Position numbers and translations under genes: made by a program
Notes under the pieces: generated by a model
The model's database searches: none
Seen by the model: only the letters and a program-made list of their open reading frames with translations
Told to the model about the DNA's origin: nothing
Origin: an uncultured virus (IMG/VR IMGVR_UViG_3300025096_000011)
Taxonomy: Duplodnaviria; Heunggongvirae; Uroviricota; Caudoviricetes
Virus record (IMG/VR): IMGVR_UViG_3300025096_000011
DNA length: 64,000 bases
Direction: 5' to 3' (one strand)
Shown here: one piece after another, positions 8,020 through 15,932 of the stretch
Numbering within the stretch: the stretch's first letter is position 1
Layout of the letters: every line of letters starts with the position of its first letter

Positions 8020-8291
8020 GTGTCGTAGATTTATTGAAGGAAGAGGTTGAAGCAGTTGAAAAAGAGTTGGAGTCTGTGCTGTCCTTGATTGCACAGTCGA
8101 TTGAACGGCTGAACAATGTATCAATCCGGTTGGACGGTGGGATGTGTGAGTTGGTTAGTGACGTAGACCTAACAGGCATAAGAGAAATACGGGAGATCAT
8201 ACAGGAAATGCCCGAGGACTTGAGAGAAGATCCTCGGAACAGTCCGTATATTGACCGCCTTGAGAAGATACTCAGCAGCTTAGCTAACTGA
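8016..8291 (+). CDS. hypothetical coiled-coil protein
   Basis: GTGA overlap with GAGGG RBS; last gene of the early run. Confidence 0.65.
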   Translation: MSVVDLLKEEVEAVEKELESVLSLIAQSIERLNNVSIRLDGGMCELVSDVDLTGIREIREIIQEMPEDLREDPRNSPYIDRLEKILSSLAN

Positions 8292-8306
8292 GTTCATTGA
8301 GGGGTG

Positions 8307-8330
8307 GTAGCCTCAGTGTGGCTACCTTCG
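8307..8330. terminator. hairpin between convergent units
   Basis: GGTAGCC-tcagtgt-GGCTACC stem. Confidence 0.4.
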
Positions 8331-8364
8331 TTGAGTCGCATCCCTTGGGCTCAGTGGGGGTAGC

Positions 8365-8727
8365 CTATTCTTCTGCGGGCTCGTCATCTTCGGGCTCAGT
8401 CTCAGGGCCTTGCTGTGATTCAGCTACACGGGTCAACTCGTCTGCCATCTTCCGCATGTCATTGGCCATCTGCTTCATCTGTTTCAGCTTGGCGTCGATG
8501 TCCATGTCATCCATTGGTGGGTCGGTGTCGCTGCCGTTGGATTCTTCGTAGGTATCATCCGAAGTCATAGGCTCGCTGGCGTAGGCGTCATCCTCCTGGT
8601 CATGGTCAGGATGACCGCAGCCATGCACCATCTTCTTCTTAGCTGAGATGTAACCAGGGCCAGAGAAGTCAGGCATCATATCCTCTTCCCGCTTGAGAAC
8701 TAAGATAGCTTTAGGACCGCCGTGCAT
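8365..8727 (-). CDS. acidic hypothetical protein
   Basis: 120 aa, GGAG RBS, downstream of the terS-like gene. Confidence 0.7.
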   Translation of the reverse strand: MHGGPKAILVLKREEDMMPDFSGPGYISAKKKMVHGCGHPDHDQEDDAYASEPMTSDDTYEESNGSDTDPPMDDMDIDAKLKQMKQMANDMRKMADELTRVAESQQGPETEPEDDEPAEE

Positions 8728-8774
8728 GATAACTCCAGAGTTGGTTTAAGCCTATCATGGTTAGTAGCTACGTG

Positions 8775-9326
8775 TCACTCTTTGGTCTGTGACGTAGCCA
8801 CGATACGGGCAAGGCGTTCATCGAAGTCGATGTCAACTGCGACCGCAGTAGCCTGCCCACCTTCCTGTTGGTTAGGTGAGATACCGCAACGATCCAGTAT
8901 CTCGGACGCAGCCTTGACCCGATCCCGTGGGTTGACTGCAACGTCACCGACAATGGATACCAAGGCGCTTAGCGCACCTTCCGCAGCATCTTCCAGTTCT
9001 TGCCCGAGAATAGACTGCCGACGTGCCTTGCCTGCCTCTACAGCGGTTCGAACGTCGGGCTCGTTTGACCAACACCAAACTGTAGTGGTGCGTAGTTGCA
9101 GCCGACGAGACACACTTTGCACTGTGTAACCTGCTTCAAGTAACCGGATGGCTACAGCTTTAGTCTCATCATCCTCGGCATACTTACTCTGCTCCGCAAG
9201 CATAGCCACAACCTCGTTCTCACCAGGAGCAGACACGACACGGGGGAGCACCTGCAAAGGCTGATTAGCCGGGGATACATCCTCGTCATCAGCTACCGGA
9301 GGCAGTGTTATCTCATCATCTGACAT
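8775..9326 (-). CDS. terS: terminase small subunit-like HTH protein
   Basis: HTH (AIRLLEAGYTVQSVSRRLQLRTTTVWCW) followed by the TerS-type oligomerisation pattern AEGALSAL...RDRVKAASEILDRCG; ATG 9326 preferred on RBS. Confidence 0.6.
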   Translation of the reverse strand: MSDDEITLPPVADDEDVSPANQPLQVLPRVVSAPGENEVVAMLAEQSKYAEDDETKAVAIRLLEAGYTVQSVSRRLQLRTTTVWCWSNEPDVRTAVEAGKARRQSILGQELEDAAEGALSALVSIVGDVAVNPRDRVKAASEILDRCGISPNQQEGGQATAVAVDIDFDERLARIVATSQTKE

Positions 9327-9455
9327 AGAACCCTCGTCACTAACATACCACGTAGTCAAGTGTTATGCCTTATTTGCGGAGACAAAATGCCACAAGACAA
9401 ACTACGAGCAGGATTATCGCGGCTGTTGTCTCGCGCATTTTCAGGCACACTAATC

Positions 9456-9484
9456 TTGACAAGGTGGTATAAAGCCAGTATGGT
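9456..9484 (+). promoter_or_regulatory. sigma70-like promoter
   Basis: TTGACA-N17-TATGGT containing CTTGACAAGGTGGTA. Confidence 0.7.
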
Positions 9485-9524
9485 AGGCAAAAGCAAAACA
9501 GTGTATGCTTCAAAGGGAGAAGCC

Positions 9525-9821
9525 GTGAGAATGGAATCAGCGAATACAATGGATCGGATGCTCTGCTTGTTTCAAGCCTGTCGTGATGCAGTTGAGTACG
9601 AAAAGAAACTGTCGAAGTGGTTAGACACCGAGGCAAAGATTAGCGTCGAGTATGAAGCATCAGACTTAGCAACTGCCCGTCTGATTGTTGATGACCGTGA
9701 GGTATGCCGCCTTACCTCCGATGATCCTGTGAGTTCGTTGGATGAGTTAATGTGTTGGGTGTGGGCCACAATGGTTCTCGGTGACTACACCAACATGAGA
9801 ACACCAACCATCGAAGCCTAA
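9525..9821 (+). CDS. hypothetical protein
   Basis: GTG 9525 or ATG 9531 after GGGAG, downstream of the promoter at 9456. Confidence 0.65.
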   Translation: MRMESANTMDRMLCLFQACRDAVEYEKKLSKWLDTEAKISVEYEASDLATARLIVDDREVCRLTSDDPVSSLDELMCWVWATMVLGDYTNMRTPTIEA

Positions 9822-11905
9822 TCGCTCTCACCCAAAGCAATGTTCGCCGCATGTCGGTGGATGCAGTAGCAGCGAGCCTGTACCCCACCCAACCTTACGG
9901 GACGTGTGCGGCTGGTGCTATTCTCCAGTCGGATAAGCCAACCACGTTCATCCCAACGCTCCAGTACCTCACCTGGATGGTGACCAACTGAGGCCAAGAA
10001 CTTGCGTAGTTCTACAGAACTTATGGCGATGTACTCCCAGCTTGGATCACCAGCCCACGCACCCAACCATCCGGCAGGGGGAATAAGGGCAGCACCATTA
10101 CTCAGCTTATCGTTGCGACCCCAGAAGCGCGCCTTGTGCGAAGCGCACCAGGTCAACGTGTCTTGTAATGCTACCAGTGGTCGGTCTGCTTCCACACCAG
10201 CTTGGATGGCCGCGTCAACAAGATAACCGAAGGGGTCACACTCTGCTTGGGGCACACCAAGTTGGTGAACGATCGCCGCCGATACCTCAAGCGCTGCGAT
10301 ATGCGATGACATTCTCCGAGTAACCGCAGTCGTAGCCATGCTCGCGTAGCGGTTCCTGGCGTCATTGAACACGGCACGAATCGCGTCATGGTGCTTGTGG
10401 TTGCCAACCAAGTAACGAACGATTGCGCGGCCGAGGTGGCCGTAGTTCTCCGCGAGGATCGCCTGTAGTTCTTCACTGGTCTGTCCTCCATGTCGAGGAT
10501 TGTTGCCAAGCGGCTTGCCCTTGAGTGAGATCACACGGGCACGGGTTCCTGCATCTTCACTGAATGATGTGGCAGAACCTTCACCACTACTAATCATAAC
10601 AGACTGCCAACTATCAGTGGCGCGTGTGCCGTCAACAGAACCACGACCACGACCTTGACCTTGGCAAAAGTCATAGATGACATCACGGACAATGCTCGGA
10701 CTCTTGGCGCGTTTGGTTTCATCGAGGATGACCGGCAGGTTGTTAAGGAATCCGCAGGTACGTTCAATCCATACCTTCGTTGAATCCCATGAGTACATCG
10801 CAGTCGGGTAAGACTCAGCCGGCCGACCCCACACGGATGCAGCGAACTTGAGCGCGGTAGTCTTACCGCCACTTGTCTCACCACTAAAGTCCACTACGAA
10901 ACCGGAGATACGTAGGATCTTGAGTAGGGGTGCCGCCGACGCAGCGTACAGCGCAATCATCATAAGAGGGCTATCAACTACAAGTTCCACACCAGTTAGC
11001 CACGTTGCGTGCTCACCTTTAGGTTGCCATCCACCAGACAGTCTCTCGAATCCGGTAGGGGGAGTAAGCGCATAGTCAGCCTTTTCTTTCTCCGCCTCGT
11101 CGGTAGCGTAGTACCCGTCAGAGAGCAGGAACCCACCATTCGGAAGCCAGCCCATTCGGTTTGCAGACTTGATTGAAGGGAACCTGTGTTGGTTCTCAGC
11201 TTCAAAGTCAGCAAGGTAAGTCACGATTTGCGCCGCGATGGTTGAGTTAATCGGTGCCTCAATACTGGAAAGTTGCACGATTCTTCCGGTGTCCATGATG
11301 GTGCGTCGGTCGAGGGTACGGCTACACCAACCACTCGGACCTCTCCACACCACCTGTCGCTTCGCTTCGCCGCTGTGTACGTCTTCTGTGCGACCCACAA
11401 TAAACATAGGAGCAGAAGCGATCCTCACGTTATCTACGGTGCCATCAAGATTGATCCCCATCTTCGACACGCCGGCAGGAGATATGGAGTAGCCACGGGG
11501 CACTTGCAGGTCTTGAAGCGTAGAGTGAGACACGACCGAAGGTGGTGGTGCTCCGCCGTCCAACACGTCAGCCAAGCTACGCGATGGTGCGTTGTCTGGT
11601 GTTACAGAATCTGCGTCACGTTTTGCCTGTTGCTCAGCTAAACGCTGTACTGCTTTACGAAGGCTACGCGCTCTACTTACTTGACCCGGTATGGATTCGA
11701 GCACAGATAGCAGACCCGATACGGTATCGGTATGGAACCGCCATCCATCTGCAAGCGCAGACATGGATTCGTGTTTGTGTATATCAGCCCAGGCTTCTGT
11801 CTTGTCGTCCTGGTCTTTCTTTTTCGCCGCATCAATCACTCTTTGTAGTAGTTGAAAGGCGTGTGGTTTCTCTGATTCTGCTTGCTCTACATCAGCGGTG
11901 GTCAT
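9818..11905 (-). CDS. DUF927-domain (Cch-like) replicative helicase/ATPase
   Basis: RMGW motif, Walker A GETSGGKTT, Walker B ILDE, GQGRGRG, ISSGE and ENYGHLG are typical of DUF927 proteins. Confidence 0.8.
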   Translation of the reverse strand: MTTADVEQAESEKPHAFQLLQRVIDAAKKKDQDDKTEAWADIHKHESMSALADGWRFHTDTVSGLLSVLESIPGQVSRARSLRKAVQRLAEQQAKRDADSVTPDNAPSRSLADVLDGGAPPPSVVSHSTLQDLQVPRGYSISPAGVSKMGINLDGTVDNVRIASAPMFIVGRTEDVHSGEAKRQVVWRGPSGWCSRTLDRRTIMDTGRIVQLSSIEAPINSTIAAQIVTYLADFEAENQHRFPSIKSANRMGWLPNGGFLLSDGYYATDEAEKEKADYALTPPTGFERLSGGWQPKGEHATWLTGVELVVDSPLMMIALYAASAAPLLKILRISGFVVDFSGETSGGKTTALKFAASVWGRPAESYPTAMYSWDSTKVWIERTCGFLNNLPVILDETKRAKSPSIVRDVIYDFCQGQGRGRGSVDGTRATDSWQSVMISSGEGSATSFSEDAGTRARVISLKGKPLGNNPRHGGQTSEELQAILAENYGHLGRAIVRYLVGNHKHHDAIRAVFNDARNRYASMATTAVTRRMSSHIAALEVSAAIVHQLGVPQAECDPFGYLVDAAIQAGVEADRPLVALQDTLTWCASHKARFWGRNDKLSNGAALIPPAGWLGAWAGDPSWEYIAISSVELRKFLASVGHHPGEVLERWDERGWLIRLENSTSRTRPVRLGGVQARCYCIHRHAANIALGESD

Positions 11906-11944
11906 CCGTTTAGGTCCTTATTATTCAGGGTGTCAAATAGGGTA

Positions 11945-12045
11945 GGACAAAACGCCGCCCGCGTATTCCACGGACGGCGCAGTGTTCCCTGAGCCCACTT
12001 CCTCGTTTCCAAGGGCCGGTTGCGCTACCAGCAGGCACTCTGACT
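11945..12045 (-). ncRNA. candidate structured leader or small RNA ending in an intrinsic terminator
   Basis: Three-way junction with a GAAA-capped stem, then CGCCGTCCG/CGGGCGGCG stem plus TTTT; upstream TTGACA-N18-TACAGT. Confidence 0.4.
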
Positions 12046-12151
12046 GTATCGGGTTGGGCATAGTTGTGTCAAGGAGGTATATTTATATTGGGTCAAGTAC
12101 AGGTTATACTATCGCAGACTCTGTATTTGAGTGAAACGTTTTGGAGGCAAC

Positions 12152-12550
12152 ATGGCAGAGACAAAGAAAGCGAAGAAACCCGCAGCAAAGAAACCAGCAG
12201 CTAAGAAACCGGCCGCTAAAAAGGCAGCGCCTAAGAAGAAGTCGGTAGCAAAAAAGGCTGCACCTAAGAAGACTGCCCCGAAGAAGACTGCCCCGAAGAA
12301 AGCGCCAGCTAAAAAGGCTCCAGCCAAAGCCAAGACACCATCGTTTGACTTGAAGGTGAAGATTAAGGGTGGAGAGAGGATACTGAGGTTTGCTACGCAA
12401 GAGCAACTCGATGAGGTCACAATGATAGTGAAGCGGCGTATGTTTGACTTTGACGTTCGCATGCGCGGCTCGCGTCGTGGGTTACCTGCGATCACAGTCA
12501 ACACGCTTGACGGTGACGTTAAGTTCGTTCTCATCAGACTTGTTGAGTAG
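12152..12550 (+). CDS. histone H1-like Lys/Ala/Pro-rich DNA-binding protein
   Basis: Tandem KKPAA, KKAAP and KKTAP repeats plus a small globular C-terminus; GGAGG RBS before ATG 12152. Confidence 0.8.
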   Translation: MAETKKAKKPAAKKPAAKKPAAKKAAPKKKSVAKKAAPKKTAPKKTAPKKAPAKKAPAKAKTPSFDLKVKIKGGERILRFATQEQLDEVTMIVKRRMFDFDVRMRGSRRGLPAITVNTLDGDVKFVLIRLVE

Positions 12551-12555
12551 GTTAC

Positions 12556-12990
12556 ATGCCATACACACCCACAGATTGCGTTCGTCGAACGCTCAGCGGA
12601 TCGGTAAACGGTACAGGGATCAAGGTCAATAGCACAAGCACGGGCCTTGAAGTTCACACCCATGATGCCGAGTTCAACCAATCTCTGTTCGATGAACTGC
12701 ATCTGTGGGCGTACAACTCAAGTGGTAGCGCTCTCACGCTTACCCTTCAATGGGGTGGCACAACCAGCCCCGATAATCTGATTGTGATTTCGCTCGCAGC
12801 CAACACCTTCCTAAAGGTAGTCAGTGGCTTGCACATCGGAGGTAACCTGTCGGTCAATGCGATTGCGAGTACCCAGGATGTTGTCATGCTATACGGCTAC
12901 GCTGTGTCTCATGTGCAGATAAACTCCGCCAAAGACGGGAACTACACAGATCAGGACGTAGTTTACTACAGCGGTTACACACAACGATAA
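12556..12990 (+). CDS. beta-rich putative virion protein
   Basis: Ser/Thr/Gly-rich 144-aa ORF with beta-strand periodicity. Confidence 0.6.
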   Translation: MPYTPTDCVRRTLSGSVNGTGIKVNSTSTGLEVHTHDAEFNQSLFDELHLWAYNSSGSALTLTLQWGGTTSPDNLIVISLAANTFLKVVSGLHIGGNLSVNAIASTQDVVMLYGYAVSHVQINSAKDGNYTDQDVVYYSGYTQR

Positions 12991-12991
12991 A

Positions 12992-13020
12992 CCCGGCCGT
13001 GCTTCCCGACACGACCGGGC
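12992..13020. terminator. hairpin/terminator between convergent genes
   Basis: CCCGGCCGTG/CACGACCGGG stem. Confidence 0.5.
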
Positions 13021-13028
13021 TTCCTGCT

Positions 13029-14993
13029 TTAGTTCATCGGAAGGACATTATCCTTCTTAATCACCTTATACTTACCTCCCTTGGTGACTGTCACCTGATT
13101 GGCCTGGAGCCCCTGCCTAATAATATCAGCGGCGGTATCCGAAGTCATACGTTGAACTTGCTTGGTTTCAAAGCCCATGCCTTCAAGGATCTGCGCTGAC
13201 CGCACGGAGACACCTGAATCTGTAGACGGTACCTCTTTCTTGACCTCAAGTTCAGTGACATCTGCGGAGTCAAACAAGTCGTCTGCGTTGATAACCGTCC
13301 AGCCACGCGGCTTCTTACGTGCGTGCTTGGTGGTGGTTGCGATAATCACCTGACCAGGGAAGTCAGCGAAGCTATCCATGACGTTGCGCAGCGTATTCGC
13401 ATCCCATGCCCGGTCAGCCGGAATGATGATGCGCGGTGCGTTACCTGTGTCTAATGATGACATAGCGATAGCAGACACAACGGCAATAGACTCAGCACCA
13501 GACAGTGCAGAGTGCAGCTTGTCACCGCGACGCAGGCCCATGCGGAATACTTCACGTCGACCATCCTTCAAGTCAATACCAAAGATCCATCCATCCGGCA
13601 GGTATGTTGTGACGAGATCAGCAAACAGTGGCGCCTGGTGCGCAAGCAACTCACCTACTGCTTTCTCGCAGGCAGACTTGAGAGACTTATATGTATCAAT
13701 CTGTAGGGACATGGCGCGCACCGTGTCCTGCATACGCGACAAGTCATTCCACCTGTTCTGGTCTGAGGCCAGTTTGACCACGTTCTTCTGGCAGCGTTCA
13801 AGCTGTTGCTGTGCTTCTTCAAAGCTAACGGATTGAGTGTCTTCACCCTCTTCTCGGCCACGACCACGCATGGACATGATCTTTTCGAGTTCACCTTTTC
13901 TCACGTTCATTGTCGCCGCAGTCTGGTCAAACTGGTTCTTCAACTCACCTGCCGGTTGCTGCACAGCTTCTTTCTCTTGCATCCAGAGGTTCTGCCAATG
14001 AGTCAGAAGTGTCTGGTTGTGCTCAAGACCATGGCCGCTGTTGCAGGCAGGGCAGTTGTGCTTCTCATTCTTGACTGACCACTCGAACAAACGACCAGCG
14101 ATCTCAGCGATACGTGCATCATCCATAAGCATCGCGTACTTACGATTGATCTCATTCAGCTTCTCGGTCAGTTGTGCTACTGCGGTGTTTGCTGTGTTGA
14201 ACTGAGTTTCAATCTCAGCATTTGTCGGTAGATTCTGTTGCTTCACAACTTCGTCGAATATACGCTGCGCTTCGCGAGCAATGTCTTCTGCTTCGGCCAG
14301 ATACTCTTCGGTCGGCTTGGCCGGGAGTTCATCGCCCACAGATTCAAGCGCAGTCTCGGCACCTTTGAGTTGCTTCGAGCAGTCACGTTGCTGCTTACCT
14401 GCGTACTCGATGGTTGTGAGTAGCTTCTCAACAGCGTTCATTGTTGAGCCGTTACTAACGCCTTGGCTTAGTTTGTCTGAGATGTCTTTGTACTTTGCAT
14501 GTAAGGTTGCGGGCATACGTGCCAGTACGTCTTCATCGCTGACACCATTGGCAGTCCATTCAAGGAACGCCTTGCGCGCAGTCTTCTCTCCACCGGACAA
14601 AGCCATTCGAACCAGTCGACTCGGCATTACTTTGCTGGCGTCAAAGGGTGTGCTGTGAAAAGGCTTCTTGACCCGCGCACCACTGCGCTCAACGGAGAAC
14701 GTAGCCTCATCCATCGAATCATCAGAGAAACTTACTGAACTATGCAGCTTGTCTTCTGGCGCAAGTGTGAGCAATAGGTTGGGGTCACGTACCCCATACC
14801 GACCCACGATGTCATCGGCCGCACCTGATACAGCCAGTTCGACTGCTTGCAGAACTGCGCTCTTTCGGCTTGTGTTACCGCCCAGGATGAGTGTCTTCTG
14901 CCCGAGATCCACGGACCACTCTTCGCCGGTAGGACTCTTTAGATTACTTGTTACGCGCTTCACATACGGAAGGCTGTTGTCTTTTGCTGCCAT
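13029..14993 (-). CDS. SMC/Rad50/SbcC-like ABC ATPase with coiled coil and zinc hook
   Basis: N-terminal TLILGGNTSRKS P-loop, long coiled coils with central CPAC, signature LSGAE, degenerate Walker B/D-loop. Confidence 0.8.
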   Translation of the reverse strand: MAAKDNSLPYVKRVTSNLKSPTGEEWSVDLGQKTLILGGNTSRKSAVLQAVELAVSGAADDIVGRYGVRDPNLLLTLAPEDKLHSSVSFSDDSMDEATFSVERSGARVKKPFHSTPFDASKVMPSRLVRMALSGGEKTARKAFLEWTANGVSDEDVLARMPATLHAKYKDISDKLSQGVSNGSTMNAVEKLLTTIEYAGKQQRDCSKQLKGAETALESVGDELPAKPTEEYLAEAEDIAREAQRIFDEVVKQQNLPTNAEIETQFNTANTAVAQLTEKLNEINRKYAMLMDDARIAEIAGRLFEWSVKNEKHNCPACNSGHGLEHNQTLLTHWQNLWMQEKEAVQQPAGELKNQFDQTAATMNVRKGELEKIMSMRGRGREEGEDTQSVSFEEAQQQLERCQKNVVKLASDQNRWNDLSRMQDTVRAMSLQIDTYKSLKSACEKAVGELLAHQAPLFADLVTTYLPDGWIFGIDLKDGRREVFRMGLRRGDKLHSALSGAESIAVVSAIAMSSLDTGNAPRIIIPADRAWDANTLRNVMDSFADFPGQVIIATTTKHARKKPRGWTVINADDLFDSADVTELEVKKEVPSTDSGVSVRSAQILEGMGFETKQVQRMTSDTAADIIRQGLQANQVTVTKGGKYKVIKKDNVLPMN

Positions 14994-15030
14994 GATTTCT
15001 CCATTTAGTTTCTTGTCACGTTGGCACAGT

Positions 15031-15060
15031 AAACTACCAACGTCTTACCACGTTGTCAAG
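15031..15060 (-). promoter_or_regulatory. sigma70-like promoter for the SMC-like gene
   Basis: Minus strand TTGACA-N17-TAGTTT containing CTTGACAACGTGGTA. Confidence 0.65.
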
Positions 15061-15493
15061 TTTGTTCTTCCAACTCAAGTCTTGCCCAGTTACGGTAATC
15101 ATCTTCGTCGGTTTCGCTAAGAGACATGATTGCTCTGAATGAATCTGTGTCGGGGCACCAAACGTATGCATGTTTCTGCGCGTTGATAAAACCTTCAATG
15201 AGTTGAGCCGTGGCTTTACCCACAGTAGGCGCCTCATCTAATGCGCTGGCAGGCACTACGATACCGTGGAACAGCATTTCGCCATCGAATGTTCGTGACC
15301 GTGGGACATCACGACCCCATGCTTTCCAACCGCCCAGTGACTTCGCACGACTGTCATAGTCATCACGACCAGCCGTAACCAGAGCAGACCAACCATCTTG
15401 TGACAATGACTCAGTTAGTTTGTCGCACCAATGATTGATGTCTGCGTCGTCATCCATACGCTTATGCGCCAAGAACCAGTTTGCTGTGCTCAT
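15056..15493 (-). CDS. hypothetical protein
   Basis: 145 aa, ATGA-coupled within the replication operon. Confidence 0.75.
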   Translation of the reverse strand: MSTANWFLAHKRMDDDADINHWCDKLTESLSQDGWSALVTAGRDDYDSRAKSLGGWKAWGRDVPRSRTFDGEMLFHGIVVPASALDEAPTVGKATAQLIEGFINAQKHAYVWCPDTDSFRAIMSLSETDEDDYRNWARLELEEQT

Positions 15494-15924
15494 TGTTTTT
15501 CCTTTTCAGCGATAAGCCCGTCAAGAACACGCTCAAGCGTAGTAAGTTCGACGAGGTTTAGTTTTTTTAGCCTTTTGTTTATTCTGAAGCGCACAGCAGA
15601 TGGGGCCAATAAACTTTTCTGCTCACCTACTTCGTCTTCTGGTGTGATCTCCCACACGATTGCTGACTTACCGCTTTCAGTGGGACGGCGTTTACCAGAG
15701 TTCCGTACCAAGCCTTCGTTACGCAAAGCATAACGAGCGGGTCGAGATGATCTTGACCGTTCTGTACCCATGATACGTTCAAGTTCTTCATCCGTAGCAC
15801 CGTCCTCCAGTTCAGACAGCAACTCAAGAATCAACCGTTTGATCTCGTAGCTGGTTTCTTTCGACGATTCCCATGCCTCAAGTGAGGTTTGTTTGTACCC
15901 GGAAGATTGATCTGCTTCGCTCAT
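15490..15924 (-). CDS. winged helix-turn-helix DNA-binding protein
   Basis: ILELL...GATDEELER...RYALRNEGLVRNSGKRRPTESGKSAIVW pattern. Confidence 0.7.
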   Translation of the reverse strand: MSEADQSSGYKQTSLEAWESSKETSYEIKRLILELLSELEDGATDEELERIMGTERSRSSRPARYALRNEGLVRNSGKRRPTESGKSAIVWEITPEDEVGEQKSLLAPSAVRFRINKRLKKLNLVELTTLERVLDGLIAEKEKQ

Positions 15925-15932
15925 GTGTTCTC

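Noticed and set aside
11985..12040. HDV-like or hammerhead ribozyme on the plus strand
   Set aside because: TTCCTCG resembles the HDV L3 loop, but P3 and P1 pairings do not complete, and there is no CUGANGA core.
12109..12702. Minus-strand 197-aa hydrophobic ORF
   Set aside because: Antisense shadow of the histone-like Lys/Ala/Pro repeats.
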